Source: Mobula hypostoma
Lineage: Eukaryota
Reading direction: 5' to 3'
NCBI RefSeq assembly: GCF_963921235.1
Contig: NC_086108.1
Span: 72,418,001-72,482,000, forward strand
Length of the DNA stretch: 64,000 bases
Below, piece by piece: positions 24,171 to 36,906 of the stretch. The notes beneath the pieces were generated by a model. It was not told where the DNA came from. It made no database searches and saw only the letters and a program-made list of their open reading frames with translations. Each line of letters begins with the position of its first letter. Positions within the stretch are counted from its first letter, which is position 1. Position numbers and translations under genes: made by a program.

Positions 24171-25961
24171 GATTCTATCATAACAATTGGCTGCCATGAT
24201 TATCATGGGTCCAATATTGTGTCCCTGGAGATCAGTAATTATATCCCATCATAATACCGAAGTAAAAATGCATTTTGTACATTTGATAATGTTTCAGTTT
24301 TTAGGAAATTTAAGGAACTAGAATAGTTTGTTTCTTGTTTCCTAACATTATTCCATTTTGTTAGAAGTTTTGGTGAAGCTCTGCTTCAGGACTGATCTTA
24401 CTCAATTCCTCCATTTACCCAAAACCCACATGTTTGTTGAGATTAATTAATGGGTGGAAACTGGTAAAGATAATCTTTTAAAAAGGAAAATATGCCCCAA
24501 GTTTCAATGATACCATATTCAGAATAATTAACATTATCATTTTATTATAGTTTAGTATTATGCAGCGCTTTACATGATTCAGAAATGGATGCATCTGCAA
24601 TTGATTTTGTCAGCTTTGTTAACCTTTGATTTGTCAATGACCTTCAAATCTTATCATCAATGTCTCTCAGATCTCCTAAGTCTTTATTAAAGTGGGGTTG
24701 GAGGAAATAGTCATTCTCAGCATTAACTAATAATCATCTTTTGATCCTGGCACATTTTGCTTTTATTGTAGTCCTCTTCCACTGGTGGCCATCACTGCAC
24801 CAGTTTCTGGCCTGAATATCCCTGGTAATTTGCCTCTTTAAATGGATGTAGGTGTGAGACTCTGGAAAAACTGAAGCCTTGGATATCCTGACAATGCTGT
24901 CAGTTCATTCTTCCAGCGGGCCCTCCATTTGATGCCAGGATAGACCTGAGACACAGTCCTCTTCATGTCCATAGGGATGGATCATAGGGCTCTGAATTCA
25001 GAGGCAAAGTGTGTTTACCACTTTTTCTGCTGGAAGAATGAAACAGTATAAAGTATCAGGATAAGGTACAAATTATTTACCTCTGAAAATGACATTGGAT
25101 TAAGTGATATATTCTACACTGTATTCTGAAATGAGAATGTATATGTCCCAGCACTGTTTCTTATTTGTGCAAATAATCATTATGTAAGTTCTTTCATACT
25201 GGGTACAGCTCTTAATTGAGAGCATGTCATATGACAATTGAGTTTTTACTATTATACATTTGTGTTTAATTTTTGATGATGGACCAGTTCAATAAAACGC
25301 AGAAAGTGGTAACTGCACCAAAATTAGTTTAATTGTATTCATATCTAATGCGTAGATGACCACTTTTTACACATACAAATGAGTGTGTCCGTCCTACATT
25401 ATTCCTAAATGGTATTGCCTAAAAACTTGAGGAGGTGGTACTGCTTCTTTTAGAGTTAGTTATCTCAAAATAACTTATTTCTGAAGTGGAACATGATTAT
25501 AACCATTCTTGGTCAATTGCACCATTCTGCAAAGATTCGCCAATGTGTGCCTGGCTCAGTTTTCATATCAGTCACCTAAAGAGATGACATTATTAACTGT
25601 GCAACACTCTGTTTTAGGGGCATTGCTCTAAATTTGACAGTTATCCCATGAGTGATCCTCATTGGTATTCCTTAGCCAAACGAGTATTTTCATTTGCGTT
25701 GGGACCACTGGACATTTTATCCATCAAGTCCAGGCCCCACCAATAACTCCAACCAATTTTCAACTCTTTTTATGTAGTTATTCCATATGTTCAAAATTAA
25801 AAATCTTCTGTTCAAATATTTCCAGTGATCCAAGCTCCATAACCCTCTATGGTATAGAATTCCAGAGATTGTCTACCTTTTGGAAGAAGAAACTTGTAAC
25901 CAGGATGCCTTATTCAAGGCACCCCCACAAGTGGAAATAACTGAACAACTACTCCATGACA

Positions 25962-26436
25962 CGAGGGGTGATTGATAAGTTTGTGGCCTAAGGTAGAAAG
26001 AGTCAATTTTAGGAAACCTAGCACACTTGTTTTTCCTGCATTTACACACTTAGTCCAGCGGTCGTGGAGCATACGGATCCCTTCTTTGTAGAAGTCGGCG
26101 TCTTGGACCTCTAGAAAGTAGTCCACAGCAGTGGTGATTGATAAGTTCATGGCCCAAGGTAGAAGGAGATGAGTTATTACCTTCAAACTTTCTGCATTTT
26201 CACTCAGAGTTGAACTGCACGTGCACGTAACAAGAGCTGTATAACTCATCTCCTTCTACTTTGCCCTGAACTTATCAATCACCCCTGCTGTGGACTACTT
26301 CTACAAAGACCCTTCTTTCCGTATGCAACACAACTGCTGGACTAAGTATGTACGTGTAGGAGGGGACTATGTTGAAAAATAAATGTGCTAGGCGACTCCT
26401 TCTACCTTAGGCCATGAAATTATCAATCACCCCTTG
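25962..26436. mobile_element. Mariner-derived non-autonomous fold-back element with outer and inner TIR pairs
   Basis: Outer TIR CGAGGGGTGATTGATAAGTTTGTGGCCTAAGGTAGAA / TTCTACCTTAGGCCATGAAATTATCAATCACCCCTTG followed by TA. The arms encode the mariner transposase C-terminus (VDYFLEVQDADFYKEGIRMLHDRWTKCV; GGDYVEK*). Inner TIR copies at ~26151 and ~26286. Confidence 0.85.
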
Positions 26437-26534
26437 TATATCTGTAGTTTTGCATGTCGTATCAACTTAATTCCGCCCTCCCCCCACCCCGCCATTCTTA
26501 ACTCTGACACCTACAGGTCTAATTTTTTTTCTTG

Positions 26535-26770
26535 TCAGGAACCTCTGCACTATCTGTCAAAAGTAGAACTTCCCAGTGGCCAACCATTTTAATTCCAATT
26601 CCCATTTCCGCGTTGACATGAAGAGGCCATCCTCAGGGTGGAAGAGAACCACCTTGTATTCCAACTGGGTGGCCTCCAATCTGATGGCATGTATATCGAT
26701 TACTCCTTCCAGTTTAAAAAGAAAAATCCCTCCTTCCCCCTCATCTCTTCTATTTCATGCTCTGGCCTCT
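26535..26770 (+). mobile_element. Neptune-type PLE fragment, GIY-YIG C-terminus (left part, split by CR1)
   Basis: PVANHFNS..RVEENHLVFQLGGLQSDGMYID. Colinear with 58880-59120. Confidence 0.75.
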
Positions 26771-29700
26771 TAGACCATAATACATACGAGCAGAATTAGG
26801 CCATTTGGCCCATCAAGTCTGCTCTGCCATACAATCATGGTTGATCCTTTCGTTTCCCCTCCTCAGCCCCACTCCCCAGCTTTCTCCCTGTAACCTTTGA
26901 TGCCACGTCCAATCAAGAAACTATCAAGCTCTGCCTTAAATACACCGAACAACCTGACCTCCACAGCTGCATGTGGTAACAAATTGCACAAACTCACCAC
27001 CCTCTGGCTAAAGAAATTTCTCCACATCTGTTTCAAATGGATGCCCCTCTATCCTGAGGCTGTGCCCTCTTGTCCTAGACTCCCCCACCATGGGAAACAT
27101 CCTTTCCACAGCTACTCTGTCTAGGCCTTTCAACATTCAAAAAGTTTCAATGAGCTTCCTCCTCATCCTTCTAAATTCCAGCGAGTACAGACCCAGAGCC
27201 ATCAAACGTTCTTCATATAATCATTTCATTCCTGGAATCATCCTTGTGAACTTCCTCTGAATTGCTCTCCAATGACAGCACATCTTTTCTAAGATGAGGG
27301 GCCCAAAACTGTACACAATACTCAAGGTGAGGCCTCACCAGTGCCTTATAAAGCCTCAGCATCACATCCCTGCTCTTGTATTCTAGACCTCTTGAAATTA
27401 ATGCTAACATTGCATTTGTCTTCCTCACCACCGACTCAACCTGCAAAATCATTTTTAAGGTGTTCTGTACAAGGATTTCCAAGTCCCTTTGCATCTCATA
27501 TTTTTAGTTTTTCTCACCATTTAGAAACAAATCTACATATTTATTTCTTTTACCAAAGTGCATGACCATGCAATTTCTAACATTGCCGCTTTCTTTTGCT
27601 ACTTTCTCGCCCATTCTCCTAATCTAAGTCCCTGTGCAGCCTCACACTATCTGCCCCTCCACCAATCTTCGTATCATCTGCAACTTGGCAGCAAAGCCAT
27701 CTAATTCATCATCTAAATCATTTATATACAACATAAAAAGAAGCAGTCCCAACACTGACCCCTGTGGAATACCACTGGACACTGGCAGCCAATTAGGAAA
27801 AGGATCCTTTTATTCCCCCTCACTGCCTCCTGCCAATTAGCCAATGCTCTAACCACGCCAGTAACCTTCCTGTAATACCATGGGCCTTAACTTGGTAAGT
27901 AGCCTCCTGTGTGGCTCCTTGTCAAAGGCTTTCTGAAAATCCAAATATACAGTACAATATCGACTGCATTCTCTTTATCTATTTGACTTGTAATCTCCTC
28001 AAAGAATTCCAACAGGTTTGTTGAGCAAGATTTTCCCTTAAGGAAACCATGCTGACTTTGTCCTATCTTGTTCTGTGTCACCAAGTACCCCAAAACCTCA
28101 TCCTTAACAGTTGGCTCCAACATCTACCCAATCATTAAGTAACTGGTCTATAATTTCCTTTCTGCTGCCTCCATCCTTTCTTAAGGAGTGAAGTGACACT
28201 TGCTATTTTCCTGTCCTACGGAACCGTGCCAGAGTCCAATGATTTTGAAAGATCATTACTAATGCCTTGACATTCTCTACTGCTACCTCTTTCAGAACCC
28301 TAGTGTGCAGTTCATCTGGTCCGTGTGACTTGTGTACCTTTAGGTCTTCCAGCTTTTTGAGCACCTTCTCCCTTGTAACTGCATGCACTTCTCTTCCCTC
28401 AAACCCTTCAATGTCTGACATACTGCTAGTGTCTTCCACAGTGAAGACTGATTCAAAATACTCATTTAGTTCATTTTCCACCTCTTTGTTCTCCGTTATT
28501 ATTTTACTGGCCTCATTTTCTAGCCATCCTATATCCACTCTCCTCTCTCATTTTTTTTATATGCTTAAAAGCTTTTTAAATCCACCTTGGTATTGTTTGC
28601 TAGGTTGCTTTCATATTTTATCTTTTCCTTCCTAATGATTCTTTTGCTTGTTTTCTGAAGGTTTTTAAAAGCTTCCCAATCTTCTATCTTCCTGCTAATT
28701 TTTGCTTTGTTGTATGCCCTCTCTTTTGCTTTTACATTAGTTTTTACTTCCCTTGACGGCTACGGTTGTACTAGGCTCGCATTTGAGTATTTCTTTATTT
28801 TTGGAATACATCTACTGTGCACCTCTCTCATTTTTCCCAGAAACTCATGCCATTGCTGTTCTGTTGTCATCCCTGCCAGCATCTTCTTCCTACGTACTTT
28901 GGCCAACTCCTTTCTCATACCACTGATTTCTTTTACTCTACTCAGATTTTACTTTCGCCCTGTCAGATTTCAAGTTGAACTCAATCATATTGTGATCACT
29001 GCCTCCTAAGGGTTTCTTTACCTTAAGCTCCCAAATCACCACCTGTTCATTACATAACACCCAATCCAGTATAACTGATCCCCTAGTCAGCTCAATGACA
29101 AATTGCTCTTAAAAAGCCATCTCATAGGCATTCAACAAATTCACTCTCTTGGATTCCATTACCAACCTGATTTTCCCAATCTACTTGCATGTTGAAATCT
29201 CGCATGACTATCATAACATTGCCATTTTAACATGCCTTTTCTATTTCCCATTGTAATCTGTGGTCCATGTCCCAGCTACTGCTTTGAGAGGCTTGTATAT
29301 AACTGCCATCAGGGTCCTTTTACCCTTGCAGTTTCTTAACTCAACTCACAAGGATTCAACATCTTCCGATCCTATGTCACACCTTTCTAATGATTTAATG
29401 TCTTTCTTTACCAGCAGAGCCATGCCACCTCCTCTATCTACCTTCCTATCGCTCTGATACAATGTGAAACCTAGGACATTCAGCTCCCAACAACCGTCCT
29501 TCAGCCACGATTCAGTGGTGGGCACAACATCATACCCGACAATCTGTAAAGGTGCAACAAGATTATCCTCCTCATTTCTTATACTCCATGCATTGAGTTA
29601 TAATACTTTGAGTAATATTTTTGCAACCTTTTTAAATTCTGAATCCCAAATGCACTGATACTCATCCTGCTGGCTACAATTTTGTCCCATCATCTGCCTG

Positions 29701-30730
29701 CCCTTCCTAACGGTCTGACTGCCTGCTATCTTTGCCTGTTCTACCATCCTTCCTATCCATCCCTTTACTCCGGTTCCAATCCCCTGCCAAATTAGTTTAA
29801 ACCTACCCCAACAGCTCTAAGAAATCAGCCTGTGAGAATATTGGTCCCCCTTGAGTTCAGGTGCAACCTGTCCCTTTTGTACAGGTCAAGCATCTCCCTG
29901 AAGAGATCCCAATGATCCAAGAACCTGAAACCCTGCTCCTGTACTATACTAACTTCTCAGCCATATATTTATCTGCCAGGTCGCCTTGTTTCCACCCTCA
30001 CTGGCATGTGGTACAGGTAACAATCCAGAAATTACTACTCTGGAGGTCCAGCTTCTCAGCTTTCTACCAAGCTCTCTAAATTCTCTCTTCTGGACCTCTT
30101 TGCTTTTCCTTCCTATATCATTGGTACCAAAATGTACCAAGACAACTGTCTGCACCACTTCCCCCTCCAAAATTTTGTGGGCATGATCTGAGACATCCCT
30201 GACCCTGCCAGCTGGGAGAAAACATACTATCTGCCTGCCCCATTCACAACTACAGGATCTCCTGTCTGTTCCACTGACTATTGAGTCCCTTTTACTACTG
30301 CTCCCCTCTTCTCTCTCTGTCTTTTCTGCACCATGGCCTCATGCTCACTGCCAGTAATTTGGTCTCTGTAGCATTCCCATGGGAGTTAATCCTCCCCAAC
30401 AATATTCAAAACAGTATACTCATTATTGAGGGGAATGTCCACAGGTGAGCTCTCTGCTAACTGCCTTTTCGCCTTCCTATTCCGTCTCCTGTCTGTTATC
30501 CAGGTACCCACCTCCTGCATCATGGGCGTGATTACTTCCCTGTAACTCCGATCAGTGATCTCCTCAGTCTCCCATACCAGCCAAAGGTCACCTTGCTGCT
30601 GCTCCAGATCCCTCGGCGGTCTTCAGGGTGCTGCAGCTAGATGTACCTCATGTAGAATATAGTTCCCTGGGAGATTCTGGGTGTCCCAGGGCTCCAATAT
30701 CCGGCATGAAGAACTCTCAACAGCCATTTC
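26771..30730 (-). mobile_element. Near-full-length CR1 LINE, inactivated
   Basis: 3' tail at 26771. [56 protein letters not shown]1 esterase: VVLVHFGTNDIGRK..VVISGLLPVP. Confidence 0.93.
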
Positions 30731-30734
30731 AACT

Positions 30735-31032
30735 ACTCTCTTCTTCTCACCTGCCTACCTCTTCCCCTTGGTTGTCTACTTCTTCCCTTTCTTCTATGGT
30801 CCAATGTCCTCTCTATCAGATTCCTTCCTCTCCAGCCTTTTATCTTAACTACCTATTTGGCTTCACCTATCACCTTCTAGCATCTTCCTTTCCCTCTCTC
30901 CCGCCCACCTTTTTATTCTGACCTATTCCTCCTTCCTTTTCAGTTCTGAAGAACTGAAACATCAACTGCTTATTCATTTCCATAGATATTGTCTGACCTG
31001 CCGAGTTCCTCCAGCATTTTGTGTGCGTTGCT
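30735..31032 (+). mobile_element. Neptune-type PLE 3' UTR and terminal module (right part, split by CR1)
   Basis: Pyrimidine-rich UTR (TGGCTTCACCTATCACCTTCTAGC) colinear with 59120-59470. Ends with CAGTTCTGAAGAACTGAAACATCAACTG...GAGTTCCTCCAGCATTTTGTGTGCGTTGC. Confidence 0.8.
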
Positions 31033-31364
31033 TCTATTTTATTTTGTTTGGCTGTTGGTGATTGGAAGATCCTCTCATCCCAGGGATTATTTTTGTCTCG
31101 ACTACCTCCAATGCTAATATAAACTTAATTAAGGGGCTGAAGCCATGCAGTGCTCTAGGTGGAGCCTCAATATTTTAATGAATGTCCTTCTCATCTGTAG
31201 ATATATTAGTCAATAATTGGGCATCGGTGACCTATGTTTGAGATGTAGGTGGAAGGATTGAATGAGAAAGACAAATAATGTAAAGAAATACGAGTACAAG
31301 ACCCAAGTGAATGTCATGTAACTAAACCAGAAGTCAGATTTCATGGAGTCTGAAAAAGACAGAA

Positions 31365-31700
31365 GGTGAAGCGGGATTACTGGACAGCCAGAGACTTATC
31401 TTTCCCCAGAATGGAATTTGCTAATATGAGTGAGCATAACTTTGAGATGTTTGGAGGAAAGTATAGGGGGATGTCACACGTAGGGTTTTTTTTTAAAAAC
31501 ACAGTGGTGTGTGTGTGTGGAACATGCTGCCGGAGTGGTGGTAGAGGCAGATTCATAAGAGACACTCAATAAACCCTTAGATAGTTGGAAGAAAAATGGA
31601 GAGCTATATGGGAGGAAAGGATTGATTGATCTTGGAGTAGGTTAAAGGGTCGGCACAACATTGTGGACAAAATGGCCTGTACTGTTCGATGAATGTTCCG
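31365..31700 (+). mobile_element. CR1 3'-end fragment
   Basis: LSFPRMEFAN..EHNFEMFGGKYRG. Tail GGTCGGCACAACATTGTGGAC..GGCCTGTACTGT. Confidence 0.7.
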
Positions 31701-34700
31701 ATCTACCATAGATTCATATATTACATAAATGGTAACTTGTAAGTTATACTTAACTGTATAACATGATAATGTTTCAGTCTTTCGCACTTAGACTGCAGAT
31801 TGAATCAGCTTGGAATATTAAGCTTTCCTTAGAAAGGCCTGATGTGATTCAATGTGAAAATCATGGCAGCTCGTTAAATTATGAGCCAAAGGGTAGCACA
31901 GATCCTGCATTCACGGCTGGAATGCCCCAGCTGTATTGCTTAAAACACATTCACTCAGTTTCATGAAGGAAGTGTGCAGCTGGCGCCAGAATCCATGCCT
32001 TCCCCCAATTCATTGACTTCTGGTCTATACTTTGGGTTTATATACTGCAGACCTGCGACAACAAAATAACTCAAGGTATTAATTTGTTGGCCAGGCCAGA
32101 TCTTGGTTTTGAATTTATTTGTCAACATGCTTGGATCAATAGCTGCTTCATGACAAGGCATCAATCAGATTAATGGAGTCTATTTTCTTAATAATTGGTG
32201 GATAATCCATTACCCCTACCATTTCCTTCAGTGTCACTAAGAAACATTTTTAGGTTTAAAGTGCTGCATGACATTAAACATGTTTTATGTTGCTATATTG
32301 AAGGTTGCTTCAATAATATTGAACTCTAGTATCTAAAATGACCCAATATATTACTATTTCAACTACTTTTGTATCTATGAATTGTACTTCATAAACTAAT
32401 AATTTTGGCAGAAATGGTCTGAGTGAATGAGAATAAACATGTTAGAATGATATATCCTACGTGATAGATAATAGTTGGGGTAATATTCTTATTCTACTCA
32501 AATAATGCAGATCCTAAAAATGAGCAGCTTAACAACTCAGTTCCCAAAACTCTGGGGGATCCATGGTTCACTTCAGGTCTAACGTCGACTACTAAGTTTA
32601 ATTGCCACACATATCATGTAGAAATTTCTGCTTGCACATAGAGAGATTCTCGTTTCAAGGTAGTAACTTTGATAGTTCACCTCATCTAATGATTTTGCTC
32701 TCTCTCTTTCTCTCCTCCCCCACCCCCCCCCCCATTTCCCACCTTCCATTCTGCACACTGCCCATTTTCCATAATTGGCTATATGTGTCCTCCGTAATGA
32801 TTCCATTATATGTTGGCATTGAGCTATAAAAGTGCTTTTAAAGGTCATTTATGTGAGGTTTGAATCCTGAAGTATCTAAAATTGAGGATGTTTTCAGGTG
32901 GCCCTCCATACAGTAGATTTTTATGCCTGGTTATACTACTAACCCAGCTGACGTGGGCTTTCTGTTTTACTTTGGAGAATCATCTTGCTGCTCATTAACA
33001 GTATTTGCCACTATACTAGATGTGGAGTACTCTTTTGTGGATTCTTACTTTTCTACTTGGCAGCTAGAAGTTGAAGAAGGATATATTTTACAATATTTCA
33101 ACTGAGAGAGTTCCTATTTGCAAGTATGAAGATCTAAAATGTTATGAATGCTTACATTGTTACAAAAATAAAGTATGGTCTCCACCCAAAAGATCTGTGA
33201 AGCTCCCTACCTGTATTGATTTAGAATTCAAAGTATTGCTGACCCTCATTTCTGTTTGCCCTGTACAATGTTCCTCTCCATGCTAATATATCCGCAGTCT
33301 GCAGACTGAGCCAGAAATAGCAACATTACACAATGCCCAGAAACAAGACTGCATTTAAGGCACATTGGAAGGTGACTACAATGATAAAGCCATCTGTTAG
33401 CATATTAAATTTGACAACCGTGCAATATTCAACAAAATTCTTCTCCATCTACTAACATTCAAAGTCTGTTTCCTTCATCTACAGTATATTGCTGATTCTG
33501 CTTATAATTCTAGGATTGCCTTCTGCTCCACTGAGTCACCTGTTCTCCCAAATGTGTGCATCTACATGGGCCCCCTCATTTATTTTTACATAGATGTCCA
33601 GTTTCTCTTTAGCTATTTGATGCATCTAGAGATGACCAGTGACACTTTTAAAGACTGCTGCTGCCTGATAGTCAGTCCAGACCCAGTGATGCTTACGGAG
33701 CATTGTGCGCTGAGCATAGGGGACGCTGAATATTTAATGCAAAGTACTGATTTTACATAAATACACTTAGCAGGTTGCACAATGCCAGGATTGCATCATA
33801 TGATTCTTCGAGCCCTATTAATGTTAGTTTTATTGAGGACATTGGAAGCTGTAGAGATGGCTTTGAAAGCTGTAGGCAGACTTTAGCAATGCCAGTATTT
33901 GGTTGATTTACTTTGAGGGGGGGGGAGGAAATGCTCTTAAAATGCAACATTCCACAAGAAAATCTGAAAGCAGGTTTATAATCTGTTAATTTTATTTTCA
34001 GTTGTGCTGTATGCTCTGACTTGATGAGTTCCTCTTCCAACATTTATGTATTTATGCACCCTAATTCTGCCACACCTCATTCATAGTATTGATGATTCAG
34101 GACATCCCTGTTCACTTCCCTGAATTCCCTAGCTTTCATGAGTAAATATAGATGAGAATTATTCATTAAAAATCTTGCCTATATCCACACATACACAACT
34201 GCAATAACCTTTGAGAGAACATATTCTCTCCCTAGTTTGCCCTTTTTGCTTTTAATATACTTATGGAATCTCATGGGACTCTCCTTTTATCTTAAGTATC
34301 ATTTGGGGCAACTGATGGATACCCTTAATCTACTGTTACAAATATTATTTTTTGATTTTAATTAACTTGTGCAGCAGAGAAGAAAATGAGGATTATGTAT
34401 GTGTGTTGGAGTGTATTTTCAGATAAACCCCTGCAATAATGATGTACACGGAGAGTCTGTCACTTCCATTAGTCATAGGAAATTGGAGTCTGCATGTAGA
34501 AAGGGAGATGTAACAAGGTAGATATGACATTTTGCCAGGCCACAACTTTTTTGTTATTGTCAGCAGATCTCCTTTTGTGAAATAAATGGATCTTCTGCAC
34601 ATATTGGCACCTAATCCAACACATTTTTTTTGTATCACAAAACAGAATTTGAGGAAAGTGTGTGTGTTGGGAAGGAAGTGGTGAAATCCTTTTTTGGATT

Positions 34701-34996
34701 TTAGTGTGAGGGTTAATTCACGGCTCATTTTCATTAGACGTCTCATAACTGTCCTCAAGACCGTTAATTTCATGAGAGTTGATGGGCTTCCTTCATAGGA
34801 GCTCCCAATTCCTGTGAAAACTGAAGGTGAAACTCACTAACACAGCTTATATTTGCTTGTACACTTGGTCCTCAGAAGAATAATTCCTTCCCTCTTAAAG
34901 AGGACTTTTAAGGCATATGTCAAGCCTCTGCCCAATTAGTAGATATAGGTGTCGGTGAGAAGACAATGAGCCTCAATGCTATGTACTTATTTCACT

Positions 34997-35162
34997 ATCA
35001 CAAGAGTTTTGGCAGGTGTTGGAAATCCAGAGTAACACACAGAAAATGCTGGAGGAACATAGCAGGTCAGACAAAATCTGTGGAAAGGATTAAAGTGTCT
35101 ACATTTCAGGCTGAGACATGTGCTGCCTGACCTGCTAAACTACTCCAGCATTTTGTGTGAGT
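34997..35162. mobile_element. Short fold-back PLE-terminus insertion
   Basis: Inverted arms AAAATGCTGGAGGAAC..AGCAGGTCAG / CTGACCTGCT..CTCCAGCATTTT. Perfect 13-bp direct repeat TACTTATTTCACT at 34984-34996 and 35163-35175. Confidence 0.8.
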
Positions 35163-35596
35163 TACTTATTTCACTGAGTTTTGTGGCAGGAATCAGTACA
35201 TTTTTGCTGTGGTTTTGGACAATGCCCAATTGCTGCAGCGATGTCTGTTGCTCGTTGGAAAAGCAGTGGACTTCCTCCTTCCACTCCAGGAGTCAGCCTT
35301 CTGGGAACTCCACATCACCATGCTATTAGCCTAAGCCCAGGTGTAGATGGGCTCAAGTGAGGTCAAAGGTGGTGAACTTCCTGGGATGGCTGCTATCCAG
35401 CTGGCAGCAGGGGGTAAAATCAGCCTTTAAGTAGTGCACATGAGAGTACAGTACATGTGCTATTTGATTTATTCAATGTATTTTTGACACCAGCATCAAT
35501 CAACAAATTTTGGCTAATTGATGAACAGCAATTGAACAACACCTCAATTAAACCAGCAGATTTTCATTGTTCATGTCTACTGGGTTCAGCATTTAA

Positions 35597-35755
35597 AAAC
35601 AAATCATGAATGCTGGAGATCTAAAATGGAAGCTGAAAGTATTGGGAAGACACAGCAGGACAAATAGCACAAGAAACACTATCGAATGGAAACATCTCTC
35701 TTTGCAGATACTGCCTGACCTGCTGAGTATTTTCAGCTTTTCTTGTGTTTATTGC
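35597..35755. mobile_element. Older fold-back PLE-terminus copy
   Basis: ATGCTGGAGATCTAAAAT..CAGCAGG on the left and CTGCCTGACCTGCTGAGTATTTTCAGC on the right. No clear TSD. Confidence 0.5.
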
Positions 35756-36552
35756 AGCAAATACCTGTGTTTACTTTGAAATAACCAAAGTTAAGCTTCA
35801 TTAAAAGTTTGAAGGTTGTAGCAAGGAAACAGTGACTTCCCTGGAAGGTTGAAGCTTTACAATTCATTTTGACATCAGAAAGGGAATGACATTGCAAAAA
35901 CATCACTGCGCAATGATTGAGAACATTGGATCTGTGTCTTATTAAACTGATATAATGGATTAATTTGTTCTTCCATGTTATTAGAGAGTGAAGTCACTTT
36001 TTTAATATTCAGTGATTGCTTTCAGAACCACTTGGGGGGATAGATATATTGAATATTTTATTATTAGCTTGGGTATCATTTCTTATGACTGCTCCAGCAA
36101 GATTTATTTTGGATAAAAGTGAAGTGAATCGGGTGTGGGCATGATTGTTTTCGATATGATTAAATCTGCTGTGCTTGCTTGTGATATTACTGCATTATCA
36201 CTAGCCTCCTGGCGTCTCCCTTCTGTACACAGTGAAGGATTCCATCTTCACTGCTTTAGCCGCAATAAAAATAATATAAATACTAATGTTACTTGCCTTT
36301 TTTTTGCATGAGAATATCAGAACATAAACAATAGAATTGGGATTAATCCATTTGGCCCCTTATCCCAAATGCACCATCAAATGGTTGGTTGATCTTTCAT
36401 TTAATACCCCTTGATTCCCTTAGTATTTTAAAATCTAATGACCTCTGCCCTGAATATGCTCTGAGATAAAACCTCCACCACACTCTTGGCAGCTGAAGTC
36501 CAAAGATTTGCCGTCATCTGGATAATGACATTTTTTCTTATTTATTCTGAAT

Positions 36553-36906
36553 GACTGGAGGACCGGAGTTATAATGAAAAGTTGAATAGGTTGGGACTTT
36601 ATTCCTTGGAAGATAGAAGATTGAGAGGAGTTTTGATAGAAGTATAAAAAATTGAGGGGTACAAACAGGGTAAATGCAAGTAGCCTTTTTCCACTGAGAT
36701 TGGGTGGGACTACAACCATAGGTCATGGTTTAAGGGTGAAAGGTGAAAAGTTTAAGGGGAACATGAAGGGAAATTTCTTCACTCAGAGGGTCGTGAGAGT
36801 GTGGAATGAGCAACTAGCACAAGTGGTGCGTGTGAGCTCGATTCAGCATTTAAGCAATGTTTGGTAGGGATGGTAGAGGTGGGAAGGCTATGGTTCCAGT
36901 GCAGGA
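36553..36906 (+). mobile_element. CR1 3' fragment (tail resumes at ~39751-39830)
   Basis: SYNEKLNRLGLYSLEDRRLRG; ORF 36652 LFPLRLG..GHGLRVKGEKF..NFFTQRVVRVWN. Confidence 0.8.
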
